64,000 bases of DNA, taken from an uncultured delta proteobacterium. GTDB taxonomy: Bacteria; Desulfobacterota; Desulfobacteria; Desulfobacterales; SG8-13. How positions within the stretch are numbered: position 1 is the stretch's first letter; every line of letters begins with the position of its first letter. The translations under genes were made by a program, and so were the position numbers. The notes beneath the pieces are model-generated. The model was not told where the DNA came from and did no database searches. It saw nothing but the letters and a program-made list of their open reading frames with translations. The stretch is taken from positions 496,001 through 560,000 of the forward strand of contig CAWKCK010000017.1 of assembly GCA_963848135.1 (NCBI GenBank), given 5' to 3'. This document shows, piece by piece, positions 30,910-40,880 of the stretch.

Positions 30910-30937
30910 CGGAATTTATTATGGAAAAGCGGTATAA
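30910..30937 (+). promoter_or_regulatory. 28-bp motif upstream of SDR-AKR (second copy at 20085-20112)
   Basis: CGGAATTTATTATGGAAAAGCGGTATAA, 55 nt before ATG 30993. Confidence 0.45.
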
Positions 30938-30992
30938 GTAGTGCGTTGTTCATGCGTCAAATAGCACATTGTTTCATATCGCGTGAAAGGAC

Positions 30993-31733
30993 ATGTCCAT
31001 GAAGAAAGAAGCGCATAGGGTTGCCCTGATTACTGGGGCAAACAAAGGTATCGGATTTGAAATTGCCGACCAGCTGGCAGCTAAAGAAATGATCGTCCTT
31101 GTCGGAGCACGTGATGAAAATAAGGGTATTGAAGCGCGTGATAAGCTACGGAGCATGGGCGGCGATGTGCATTATATCAATGTCGATGTGACGGATCCCG
31201 TCACGATTCAAACCGCAGTAGGTCACATTACTGAAAAGTTCAGACGGTTGGACATTCTGGTCAATAACGCAGGTATCCTCATCGATACCCAGACTCATAT
31301 CCTCGATCTCGATCAGGCCACGCTGAAAAACACACTGGTAACCAACGCTTTCGGACCCTTGTTGATGTCACAGGCATGTGTCCCTTTGATGAAACGCAAC
31401 AACTATGGGCGCATCGTCAATATGGCCAGCACATTGGGATCACTGGCCGAAATGGCCGATCCCGATTCGGATTATGCCGGGGTGTTATCACCGGCTTACC
31501 GATTGTCTAAAACGCTTCTGAATGGCGTGACGGCATTGCTTGCCAAAGAATTACGCGGTACCAACATCCTGGTCAATTCGGCGTGCCCCGGATGGGTTCG
31601 AACAGAAATGGGAGGCGACCAGGCGCCAATATCCCCTACGCAAGGAGCTGAAACCCCTGTTTGGCTGGCCGCGCTTCCCGATGACGGTCCGACGGGTGGC
31701 TTTTTTCGCGAAAAACAGCCGATCGCTTGGTAA
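30993..31733 (+). CDS. SDR family oxidoreductase (carbonyl reductase-like)
   Basis: TGANKGIG, NNAG, YRLSK, CPGWVRT. Confidence 0.92.
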   Translation: MSMKKEAHRVALITGANKGIGFEIADQLAAKEMIVLVGARDENKGIEARDKLRSMGGDVHYINVDVTDPVTIQTAVGHITEKFRRLDILVNNAGILIDTQTHILDLDQATLKNTLVTNAFGPLLMSQACVPLMKRNNYGRIVNMASTLGSLAEMADPDSDYAGVLSPAYRLSKTLLNGVTALLAKELRGTNILVNSACPGWVRTEMGGDQAPISPTQGAETPVWLAALPDDGPTGGFFREKQPIAW

Positions 31734-31787
31734 TTGAGCAGAAGCTATCAGAAAGAACGTTCATTTTAATGAGACAATTGGATACAA

Positions 31788-32666
31788 GTGAGGAATAAAA
31801 TGCCGAACACGCCACATTCGGTTAGTCGTCAGATCGAACACAGAGGGCTCTCGATCCCCACGTTTATTTACGGAACGGCCTGGAAAGAGCAGCGCACCGA
31901 ATCTATGGTTCAAATGGCCATTTCGTCTGGCTTCAAAGGTATCGATACGGCGAATCAGCGCCGCCACTATTATGAAGCCGGTGTCGGCAATGCGGTTACG
32001 ACGGTCCTCAGCGAAGGCAAACTCAGGCGCAGTGATCTTTTCTTACAGTCGAAATTTACTTACGCAGCGGGACAAGATCACCGACTTCCCTACGACCCGG
32101 ACGCAGACTATGCGTCTCAGGTTCGGCAATCATTCGAAAATTCCCTGACGCACCTCAAAACGACATATTTGGATGCGTATATTCTTCACGGCCCTGCTTC
32201 CGGCCACGGCCTAACGAAAGCGGATTGGGACGTGTGGCGTGCCATGGAAGAGTTGAAAAATTCTGGTATGGTGAAGTTGATCGGCGTTTCCAACATTGGC
32301 GTCGACCAATTGCGTCTGCTGATCGAAAAGTCTGAAGTCAAACTGGCTTTTGTTCAAAATCGCTGCTTTGCGCGGACTGGGTGGGATGACGAGATTCGAA
32401 AGTTGTGTCGGGCAAACGATATCATCTATCAGGCATTTTCTCTTCTTACGGCGAATTCGTCAGAGCTAAACCGAGTTGAGATTCGTGAAATTGCAAAACG
32501 AGTGGGATATTCAATACCACAAATTGTGTTCCGGTTTTCACTGCAGGTCGGAATGATTCCGTTGACGGGTACCACGAGCGAGGACCATATGAAAGAGGAT
32601 CTGGCCGTGTATGATTTTGAACTCACAGAAGCGGAAATCGCAACGATAGAAACGATCGCCACGTAA
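31788..32666 (+). CDS. Aldo/keto reductase
   Basis: YGTAWK, GIDTAN...YYE, FLQSKF, YILHGP, IGVSN. Confidence 0.9.
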   Translation: MRNKMPNTPHSVSRQIEHRGLSIPTFIYGTAWKEQRTESMVQMAISSGFKGIDTANQRRHYYEAGVGNAVTTVLSEGKLRRSDLFLQSKFTYAAGQDHRLPYDPDADYASQVRQSFENSLTHLKTTYLDAYILHGPASGHGLTKADWDVWRAMEELKNSGMVKLIGVSNIGVDQLRLLIEKSEVKLAFVQNRCFARTGWDDEIRKLCRANDIIYQAFSLLTANSSELNRVEIREIAKRVGYSIPQIVFRFSLQVGMIPLTGTTSEDHMKEDLAVYDFELTEAEIATIETIAT

Positions 32667-32844
32667 ATTATTGATCGGTGTAATCCTTCAGTTATCGAAC
32701 GGACGCAAACTTTCCAATGATTCTAACTTTATCACAGATAGGTCACTTTCGCTCAACCGCGTAAATGCTTCACGAGCATACAAGCATGTTGAAAACATAT
32801 CATGAGGGCCGGCAAGACAAAACCCGACGAAAATAATAAATTTT

Positions 32845-33580
32845 GGGACTCGACTAGAACAGAGGCCTATTTCTAAACATTTTAAGCAATAATAAGTAAA
32901 TATTTTTGTTACGGTTATTGAATCTAAATTCGCATTCTTTCAGATGTAGGTAGAAAGTCGATTCAGCAATGCCATGGAACTTCATCAAACGGTGTTTGGC
33001 ATATGCCCAGAAGGATTCAATACCATTGATGTGACTGTGCCCCTTGGCAAATTGGTTGGTACCATGGCTGACGCGGTAATGCTTTTTGTAACCCAGGTCA
33101 ACCAGTCCGTTGTAACCGCGCCAGCGATCTGAATGGATAACGCTATCGGGGTCGACGCGTCCCCTGATAATGCCTTGCAAAGTGGCTTTAGCGCAATCTG
33201 GAACGATTTCAGTGTAGACTTTGCCGCCACGTTTGAAAATACCAAACACAGGGGTTTTCTTAAAAGCACCGCGGCCGCGTTTGCCCTTGATGCGTTTACC
33301 ACCGAAGTATGATTCATCGACTTCGATTTCGCCTTTAAACGGCGATTGGGTTTCACATACCTCGGCTATGCGGTTGCGAATGAGCCGCAGGTAACGGTTA
33401 ACGGTATTACGATTAAGGTTTGTTAAAGAGGCAATCGTTTGTGCATCCAGGTCATGTGCGAATAACTTAACTAATTGCCTGAATTTGGCTTCTGTAATCT
33501 TTGAACGCTTTATATACTTGTTTTTTATTGCCATGACTGGGATTGAGCGTATTTTGGTTACGCTGTCCTAGTCAAGACCC
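32845..33580 (-). mobile_element. Complete 736-bp IS1595-family element (IS1016-like group)
   Basis: IRs GGGACTCGACTAGAACAG / GGGTCTTGACTAGGACAG (15/18); perfect 8-bp target duplication TAAATTTT at 32837-32844 and 33581-33588. Confidence 0.92.
32854..33534 (-). CDS. IS1595-family DDE transposase
   Basis: EVDESYFGG, HSDRWRGY, HINGIESFW, LKECEFRFN; no N-terminal zinc finger. Confidence 0.93.
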   Translation of the reverse strand: MAIKNKYIKRSKITEAKFRQLVKLFAHDLDAQTIASLTNLNRNTVNRYLRLIRNRIAEVCETQSPFKGEIEVDESYFGGKRIKGKRGRGAFKKTPVFGIFKRGGKVYTEIVPDCAKATLQGIIRGRVDPDSVIHSDRWRGYNGLVDLGYKKHYRVSHGTNQFAKGHSHINGIESFWAYAKHRLMKFHGIAESTFYLHLKECEFRFNNRNKNIYLLLLKMFRNRPLF

Positions 33581-33707
33581 TAAATTTTTATTTTGGTAAC
33601 GCTCTTTTAAAGAGGCTTTGGAATATTTTAGGCGTGTGGCATGCGAGTAGGATATCATAGTCGTATCTGAAGTATATTAAATAACAGCTGTTTATATATA
33701 AATAGAT

Positions 33708-33769
33708 ATTTTGACGCCGCTCTTCAGCGGGAGCTGCTTTTTGCGATCCGCTGAAAGAACATATTGGGT
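33708..33769 (-). repeat. Degenerate integron attC-like site at the cupin 3' end
   Basis: ACCCAAT-ATGTT-CTTTCAGC-GGATCGCAAAAAGCAGCTCC-CGCTGAAG-AGCGGC-GTCAAAA: R''/L''/L'/R' spacing, extra base in L'', R'' abuts the stop codon; both R boxes are mutated. Confidence 0.65.
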
Positions 33770-34146
33770 TATTCCCTTTCAGCGATGTCTTTTGGGTCTT
33801 GCTTGATCTCAACCATGATCACATGGGTCGCAGTCTGGCCGACGTTTGCCCCGACGTGCGTTTGCCCATCCGACCACAGTACATCGCCTGCTTTGAACTC
33901 ACGCATGAGAACCTTGCCGTCCGGCAAAGCTATCGTGCGCTTGAAAGCACTGATTGCATACAGGACAAACGCGGGGTGCCTGTGCTGATAAGTTTTTTCC
34001 CCTGGCCGGTCGCGATACTCAAGCACTCAGACTTGCTCGTTTTCAAGGAGAACTTTGTACTTGTCACCATCTGTCTTGACAGGGTCTTGAGCGTTGACTA
34101 TTGCCGATAGCAATACAATGCTCAAGATGAGTAGTAAGCGCAGCAT
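33769..34146 (-). pseudogene. Secreted cupin-family protein with a premature TGA
   Basis: MLRLLLILSIVLLSAIVNAQDPVKTDGDKYKVLLENEQV*VLEYRDRPGEKT..HRHP...QTH...N; TGA at 34029-34027 where family members have R. Confidence 0.8.
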
Positions 34147-34535
34147 GGCAGAACTTCCTTTCTTTCAGAAATAACAAACGTTGCTAATAGAAGCCGGTTT
34201 AGAGGGTAAATAGATCCTTGTTGAACGTATGCTGTGCATAAATTTTATACTGTCAAGGGATTGAATACCGTGCATGCCTTTACAGAACAGGATAATTTAA
34301 GACTAAACCATTTTCGACAGTTTCAGTTTCAGCTGTTACAATAGCAGTTCCATTTGGAGACTCACAAATCTGCATACGGGTGATAAGTTATTTTTGTATG
34401 ATACCTCAGTGTTTCAGTAGGTTTTAAGTCCACCAATACACTTATATTACAACACCTTCGCTTGATCAGCCTTGACCTCCTAAGTGCCTATGGTTATTTA
34501 TAATATTCAGTACGCTTGAATCGCCTCCCTCACCA

Positions 34536-36329
34536 ATGAGTTTAAGCCTGATAATTAGGGATAAGACCATGACAGCAGAAGGTTTGAATCGCAAACTCAC
34601 CGCCATTCTCAGTGCCGACGTTGAAGGTTACAGTCGCCTAATGGGAGATGATGAGGAATCGACAATTCGCACTTTAACGAATTACCGGTCAGCTATGACA
34701 TCTCTCATCCAACAGCATCGAGGGCGGGTAGTGGATGCGCCCGGCGACAACCTTCTTGCTGAATTTTCCAGTGCAGTGCATGCCGTTACCGGCGCGGTGG
34801 AAATACAACGGGAGCTTGCTGGAAGAAACGCCGAGTTGCCAGATGAACGAAAAATGCACTTTCGTATTGGAATCAATGTTGGAGATGTAATCGAGAATGA
34901 AGATAGAATCTATGGTGATGGTGTCAATATTGCAGCTCGCATCCAGGAGGCTGCAGAATCTAACAGCGTGCTTGTCAGCCAATCACTATTCGATCAGGTC
35001 AAACGTCAGTCTTCTTATCAATTTGAGGACTTAGGCATGCACTCGCTGAAGAACATTTCTGAGCAAATTCGCCTTTACAAGGTTATCGGCGAAATGCCGA
35101 CCCATCGATTTTTTAATGCCCCCTCAAAAAAACACATTAACGCGGAAGGGGTTCGTGAAGCATCGATTGCAGTCTTGCCTTTCGAAGTCACAGGTGGCGA
35201 TGAAAATCAACAATACTTCGCTGATGGACTCACCGAAGACATCATTGTGGAATTGGCACGCTTTAAAAAATTGTTTGTTAGCTCGCGAAGTGCTAGCTTT
35301 GCCTATGAAACACAGGGCATTGATCCACGTCAGGTTGGGCGAGAATTGGGTGTAAAACATATTCTTGAAGGGCAAGTCCGACGCCTTGGGAAGCAAGTAC
35401 GAATCTCTGTACGGCTAATAAATGTTCAAAGTGGCGACCATCTTTGGGCTGAGCGGTTCGATCGCTCTTTTGATGATCTTTTCGATATATTGGACGAACT
35501 TGTTAGCCGAATTGTCGGCACCATTGTCGGCAGGGTGGAAGCAGCGGATATGGCAGAAGCTCGCCGGAAAAGGCCTGAAGACAGAACGGCCTACGACTAT
35601 TTGCTTCGGGGTCTCGAATACCATCGGCTGGGAGGGGTGACTCTTGATAACCTGCGAGAAGCGGTCAAGTGGTTCGACCGCGCCATTACTGCTGACCCCA
35701 ATTATGGTCTTGCCTATGCTTGGCGTGTTTGTGCTTCTTCCTGGTTACCCGATTTCGATCTCGACGAAAGCATGAAATACATGCAAAAGGCTATTGAACT
35801 CGACGAAAACGATGCCGAATCCCACCGCATAATGGGAGCCTGTCAGATGCTATCCGGTGACTTCGAAACTTCTGAATATCACCACCGCCGTGCAATGGAG
35901 TTAAATCCCAGCGATGCTTACATCAGAGCCCGTTCAGCTGCTTTTTACACGTTTAAAGGCGAACCGACCCAGGCTCTGGAACTGATCGATGCAGCGGTAG
36001 CTCAGGACCCGTTCCTACCGGTATGGTGCATCGAAGAACGGGGCGTAGCTTTGTTTGCGCTACGACGTTTTGAAGAAGCACTATCGGCCTTGGGTGCAAT
36101 GCCGTTTCAAACCTTCCGTTCTCGCTGCTATGAGGCCGCATGCAGGATGTCACTGGGTGATCAAGCAGGTGCAAGAGATGCTGTCACCAAGGCGTTACGG
36201 ATTCAACCGACACTAACAGCTTCAGAGTTTTTCCATAAAGAAACCTTTCGAGACAGGGCACAAATATCCAACCTGCATGATTTACTAATAGCAGCAGGTC
36301 TTCCTCAAATAGCACTTGTCTCGCCTTAA
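34536..36329 (+). CDS. Class III adenylate/guanylate cyclase with TolB-like and TPR domains (likely start ATG 34569)
   Basis: AILSADVEGYSRLM, GDNLLAEF, RIGINVGD, GDGVNIAAR; SIAVLPF..., YFADGLTEDII; TPR helices. Confidence 0.9.
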   Translation: MSLSLIIRDKTMTAEGLNRKLTAILSADVEGYSRLMGDDEESTIRTLTNYRSAMTSLIQQHRGRVVDAPGDNLLAEFSSAVHAVTGAVEIQRELAGRNAELPDERKMHFRIGINVGDVIENEDRIYGDGVNIAARIQEAAESNSVLVSQSLFDQVKRQSSYQFEDLGMHSLKNISEQIRLYKVIGEMPTHRFFNAPSKKHINAEGVREASIAVLPFEVTGGDENQQYFADGLTEDIIVELARFKKLFVSSRSASFAYETQGIDPRQVGRELGVKHILEGQVRRLGKQVRISVRLINVQSGDHLWAERFDRSFDDLFDILDELVSRIVGTIVGRVEAADMAEARRKRPEDRTAYDYLLRGLEYHRLGGVTLDNLREAVKWFDRAITADPNYGLAYAWRVCASSWLPDFDLDESMKYMQKAIELDENDAESHRIMGACQMLSGDFETSEYHHRRAMELNPSDAYIRARSAAFYTFKGEPTQALELIDAAVAQDPFLPVWCIEERGVALFALRRFEEALSALGAMPFQTFRSRCYEAACRMSLGDQAGARDAVTKALRIQPTLTASEFFHKETFRDRAQISNLHDLLIAAGLPQIALVSP

Positions 36330-36414
36330 TTGAAAATTGTGGTATCTCAAACTAATCGCAGGAACAGTTGTTGCTGTAACTGTTTCTAATGGGAAGGATT
36401 GAAACTACAAACAG

Positions 36415-36472
36415 CTTGCCAAAGGCGCAATCCAATAAAATCACGCCAAATATCACGATACCGTCTGGTTAA
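36415..36472. repeat. 58-bp direct repeat, copy 1
   Basis: CTTGCCAAAGGCGCAATCCAATAAAATCACGCCAAATATCACGATACCGTCTGGTTAA; 54/58 identical to 40881-40938. Confidence 0.85.
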
Positions 36473-36536
36473 ATTCAGGAAATCCGCTGGCTGATAGGTA
36501 CGGGGCCATAGATACTAATGGTACATGTGGCGCAGT

Positions 36537-37550
36537 CTAGTGTTTGATACAGATCTTGCCGAAATGCTTGCCGCTCGACAGATAATCAAGGGCAACGCAC
36601 AACTCCTCGAACGCGAACACTCGATCAATCACCGGATGCATCTTGTCCTGAGCAATTGCTATTGCCATTTTGGCAAAATCATCTCTGCTACCAACAGTGA
36701 TTCCCTGCAGCCGGACATGTCGGGTCACTATAGGCCCTAACGGCAAATCCATGATTCCACCGGCAAGCACACCAATCATACTTATCGTGCCCCCAGCTCG
36801 GACAGCACGAAGCGATTGCGGAAGCGTACCTTGACCACCGACCTCTACAAGGTGGTCAATCCCATCGCTACCTGCAATTTCACGTGCACGTTTACCCCAT
36901 TCTGGAACCTTACGATAGTTGATGGTTTCGTCAGCACCCATCGTGCGGACTCGGGCCAACTTGTCATCACTGGAGGATGTTACAATCACAAGTGCACCCA
37001 GCATCTTTGCGAACTGCAGGGCGAAGAGCGAAACACCGCCCGTGCCTTGCACTAATACCTTGTCGCCTGGCCTGATGCAGCCTTCTGTGACCAATGCTCG
37101 CCAGGCAGTCACTGCTGCAGTGCTGAGGGAAGCAGCTTCCACGTCGTTCAAATGCTTGGGCGCCTGCGCTACTCCTTCCTCAGAGAGCACCATAAATTCT
37201 GCCATCGTTCCATCAAGCTCACAAACCAAGCTCATAGATAGTCTCTTTTTATTCGGATCTCCACTTATCCAACTCTGAAAGAAAAGTGGGCAAACTCTAT
37301 CTCCGATTTTAAATTGTGTCACGCCATCTCCCACTGATTCTACAATGCCGAGACCGTCACTGAGCATAATTAACGGCAACGCCTTCATCCTTGATCCATA
37401 GCCGCGTAGAGGCACAAGAAGATCTCGGTAATTTATGGCAGATGCCTTCATTCTGAGCCGCACCTGGCCAGCTCCAGGTTGCGGATCCGGTCTTGTGTTA
37501 ATGCGCACATTTTCCATTGACCAAGCATCCTCAACTTGAAAAACTCTCAC
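36537..37550 (-). CDS. MDR-family NAD(P)-dependent oxidoreductase (zinc-independent ADH-like)
   Basis: INYRD, SDGLG.V..VG, AAVTAW, QGTGGVS, HFGKICI. Confidence 0.9.
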   Translation of the reverse strand: MRVFQVEDAWSMENVRINTRPDPQPGAGQVRLRMKASAINYRDLLVPLRGYGSRMKALPLIMLSDGLGIVESVGDGVTQFKIGDRVCPLFFQSWISGDPNKKRLSMSLVCELDGTMAEFMVLSEEGVAQAPKHLNDVEAASLSTAAVTAWRALVTEGCIRPGDKVLVQGTGGVSLFALQFAKMLGALVIVTSSSDDKLARVRTMGADETINYRKVPEWGKRAREIAGSDGIDHLVEVGGQGTLPQSLRAVRAGGTISMIGVLAGGIMDLPLGPIVTRHVRLQGITVGSRDDFAKMAIAIAQDKMHPVIDRVFAFEELCVALDYLSSGKHFGKICIKH

Positions 37551-37578
37551 GAGTAATCCCTCCTATTTAAAAGATATA

Positions 37579-37717
37579 TGATAACGCAAAGGTTCGTTGG
37601 ATCGTCATATTGGGACAAATTGAGGTTTCCCTAATTTCAATACATCTTGCAGATGTTTGCTATTTTAAAAACTGTTCGCCTCCAAAACCTGCTCTGCCCT
37701 GAACCATAAATATAGGC
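37579..37717. repeat. Possible long, highly degenerate attC-like site
   Basis: Minus strand GCCTAT..GGTTCAG ... CGAACC-TTTGC-GTTATCA; the GTT box lies 28 nt before the ADH start with an RBS between; the stem pairs poorly. Confidence 0.35.
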
Positions 37718-37797
37718 CGATGTTTGCCCAAATGCCAGCATCATGGTAGAAACCATAATGACAGTAGTACAGATTTGGTATTGATCAGGGAGTCCGC

Positions 37798-38997
37798 ATG
37801 CCGGCAATAAATACCCGAACCTCCATCCTGATAGCCTGTGCCTGCGCCATTTTTTGGCCTGGCGCGTTTATTTTCGGCCTACCTGGCGTCCTGCGCCAGC
37901 ACTGGCAGCAGGTATTCGACGCCGACGGTGGCGCGGTGGGTAGAACAGTATTTTTCATTCTTATCGGTGCCACCTGCTTCATGTACTTATGTGGACGATT
38001 GCAGGAGAAATATAGCCCGGGAAGGTTGGCTTCCATCGGGGCCGTGATGTGCGGCGGCAGCTCCATCTGGCTGAGTCAGGCCGGAAATATGACTGAAGTC
38101 AACTTTTGGGCATTTGTTGTCGGCGCCTCTTCGGCCTTTGTCTATCTTCCAGGACTGACGGTTGTACAACGCTGGTATCCTGAAAGACGCGGCCTGGTTG
38201 CGGGATTTTTCAATATGGCCTTCGGCTTATCGGCGGCAGTCATGTCTCCAATTTTTTCCATTATCTTGTCAAAGTGGGGATACGAAGCGTTGACTCTGAC
38301 TGCAGGCTGTGCTGCGCTTACCATCGGTTTTACCGCTTCTGCACTGATCCGGTTTCCAGAGGCCGGGGCTTCGGCAACGGAATCCACTACCCCGATTGCA
38401 TTTGCCAGCCGTTCAGTGACAGAAGCCCTGAAAAGCCGAGAGTTCTGGTGCCTCTGGCTTACCTGGGTGTTTGCTGGCGCCGCCGGGGCAAGCATGCTGG
38501 TGCTGGCCACCGGGTTTGGCTTGGCTCGTGGCCTGAATCTGGGTCATGCCGTCGTCTTGCTTACGGTGTTTAACGTGACCAACGGCTGCGGCAGGTTAAT
38601 TAGCGGTTATTTCTCAGATAGGATCGGGCGATCCCGCACTATGGCGACGAGCTTTACTGGCGCAGGCTTTGCTTATCTCCTCATGCCTCATTTAACGACC
38701 CTTTGGCTATGGGCCATTCTGGCGGCGGTCATCGGTTTTGCTTTCGGGACCCTATTTGCGGTTTCTGCCCCGTTGGCCGGTGACTGTTTCGGTATGGCGC
38801 ATTTTGGGGCCATCTTCGGGCTAATTTTTACCGCCTACGGCTTCGTGTCCGGTCCGCTTGGCCCATGGTTGAGCGGCTATCTCTTGGATGTTACTCGGGG
38901 AAACTACACACTGGTTTTTTCCTACCTGGGCCTTTTGTATCTGGGAGCGGCCGGGCTCATCCTACTGGTTCAACCCTGGCGGGAATGCCGAATGTAA
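37798..38997 (+). CDS. MFS transporter (OFA/MCT-like)
   Basis: 12 TMs; GRLQEKYSP, RWYPERRGL, GRLISGYFSDRIGR. Confidence 0.9.
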   Translation: MPAINTRTSILIACACAIFWPGAFIFGLPGVLRQHWQQVFDADGGAVGRTVFFILIGATCFMYLCGRLQEKYSPGRLASIGAVMCGGSSIWLSQAGNMTEVNFWAFVVGASSAFVYLPGLTVVQRWYPERRGLVAGFFNMAFGLSAAVMSPIFSIILSKWGYEALTLTAGCAALTIGFTASALIRFPEAGASATESTTPIAFASRSVTEALKSREFWCLWLTWVFAGAAGASMLVLATGFGLARGLNLGHAVVLLTVFNVTNGCGRLISGYFSDRIGRSRTMATSFTGAGFAYLLMPHLTTLWLWAILAAVIGFAFGTLFAVSAPLAGDCFGMAHFGAIFGLIFTAYGFVSGPLGPWLSGYLLDVTRGNYTLVFSYLGLLYLGAAGLILLVQPWRECRM

Positions 38998-39040
38998 AGT
39001 TGAACCGGCCACCAGCAGAGGAGCTACAATAAATTAAGAA

Positions 39041-39105
39041 GCTCAACGTTCCCCTTGAGGGGCGCGGCGCTTTTGGCCGCGTCCCTTTCGAAGTGGTCGC
39101 TAGGC
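39041..39105 (-). repeat. Integron attC-like site
   Basis: Minus strand GCCTAGC-GACCA-CTTCGAAA-GGGACGCGGCCAAAAGCGCCGCGCCCC-TCAAG-GGGAAC-GTTGAGC: intact R' (GTTRRRY), R'' AAC>AGC, extrahelical bases in the left arm, 65 bp. Confidence 0.72.
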
Positions 39106-39241
39106 AAACTGTCTTAAATCAAGTATGACCCCATTTTCATGTACGGCCAGCGAAGGTGACCCCGATCGTTGCGCAACATCGCCAGCGTGTCTCCCGAAAA
39201 CCCGACAGATAGAGCAAGCTTAGCTCCAGCAGTGCTCCCTG

Positions 39242-40563
39242 CTATCGGGGCTCCGTGCCGCACAACGTTCCGTTCACATCACATTGTGGGTCGATGCCCG
39301 GCTCAGCGCGTTGGATTTCGTTCAAACGCGATATTTCCTCGTTCGTCTTCTTGTTCGGTTCACAGCCGCAGATCTGGCTGGCCGCGCAGCTGAAGCCGAC
39401 CTCGGCCTCCAGCTTGAGAATTTCCGAAGTACTGTGTTTGCCAAGCCCCATGCAGGCATCCGCCACTAAGGCCCGATTGGAAGGGTCGGTGCAGAGCGTC
39501 GCGTCGCAGGTGAAGCCGACTTGAATTCCGTTCTGGTTACTCTGCTTGTACTCGCTGCAAACCTTCTGGCAGCTCACGTCGGGCGGTACCGGGACGTCCC
39601 CCTCTTCGAAGTCTTCCGGCAGCAGCGGGCACCCGTTTTCACCGGGAGCATCGGGAATGCATTCGGGGAATGTCGGGGGGTCGAAGGTGGTGTAGGCGGC
39701 AGACCAGACCGTGCCGTCCTCGTCCGGGAGATCGCACGGCTCTACATTGGTTATTTCCCTCCCCACCTGAAAAGGGCCTGTAAAAGTCGGGCACGCGCAT
39801 TGTACCAAGGGGTAGCCGGTGTACGGATCAATTACATTCGTACTCTTACAGGGGGCGGTCATGCATCCGGCGTAAAGAATTAAAGGGTCCTCTTCCGTAC
39901 AAGAATTGTTATCTGTGGCTATGGGGATCTCCCCCTCGAGGGCGAGGCTGAAGGTCGAGATAAGGTCCGCGCCGGGAATCAGCTTGCCCTTGCGGATGGC
40001 TTCACATACCGGGGCCTCCGTGCGGCCGGACGGGAGGCACTCGCTGCCGTCCATCCCGCACGTATCCACGGTATCAAGGTACACGTCAAGGTTCAGGATG
40101 GCATTGATGTCGACAAAGTACCAGTGCCCGGAGGCGGGGATCTCGTAACAGGTGCAGTCGGCAATATCCTCATCACCCCGGAGGGTGCAGGGGGTCGCGG
40201 TGGCGTCGTCGTTCACGAGCGTTGTAGGTCCCGAGTAGTAGCAAAGCGCGATCGTTGCGCCTTTGCATGCAACAAAATTTTGCGGCGCTACCAGTATGTC
40301 CGCCCACGCTGGGGTATCAGGGGCGTCTGGGGGTGGGGGATAAGGAGTCGTGCAGAGGGTGTTGAGATTGAAGCGCTTGTTCTTGGTGAATTCGTCGAAA
40401 TTGAATTGGTCCTCCTGCTGGCAAGACTGGTAGGACGGTGAGGATTTCGGGTCGTCACCGTGAGTGAGGACACGGCCGGCGCTGTAAGCGAGACTCGGGG
40501 CGACCAACACGCAGAGCACGCCAGCCACCAAGACCCAATGATACCATTTGTTTTTTTTGTCAC
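39242..40563 (-). pseudogene. Secreted 28-Cys protein; the RBS-linked GTG start is out of frame because of an A8 run
   Basis: AAGGAG-8nt-GTG at 40563, then AC-A8-CAAATGG; one extra A gives MTKKNKWYHWVLVAGVLCVLVAPSLAYSA (signal peptide) in frame with the rest of the 39242 ORF. Confidence 0.65.
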
Positions 40564-40880
40564 GATTTTTACTCCTTTCAGTTGAAGTTGTTACATCGAT
40601 TCTGAACTGATAAATACAGTTTTTTTGGGGAGCAATCGCAAGAACAAGGACCGGAAGTCGAGCCAGAGACAAGATAATGCAAGCAGAGATTCAGAAAGAA
40701 CTATAGGATGGAGACGTTATTAATAAAGATGACTAATCTATATTTAATATGAGTGTCAACTAATATGTTGATATTACATAATATTACAATGCATTGCTTT
40801 GTTTTGGCTGCTATTTTGAGATTGTAAATGTAGTGGCATTATAAATATCTGAAGTTTAATGGTATGCGGCATTGTGACAT

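Noticed and set aside
34325..36390. Weak inverted similarity flanking the cyclase gene
   Set aside because: Gapped, low-identity match; not convincing as terminal repeats.
39138..39165. IS21-like terminus (TGT…TGACCCC)
   Set aside because: Too short, with no partner end or transposase.
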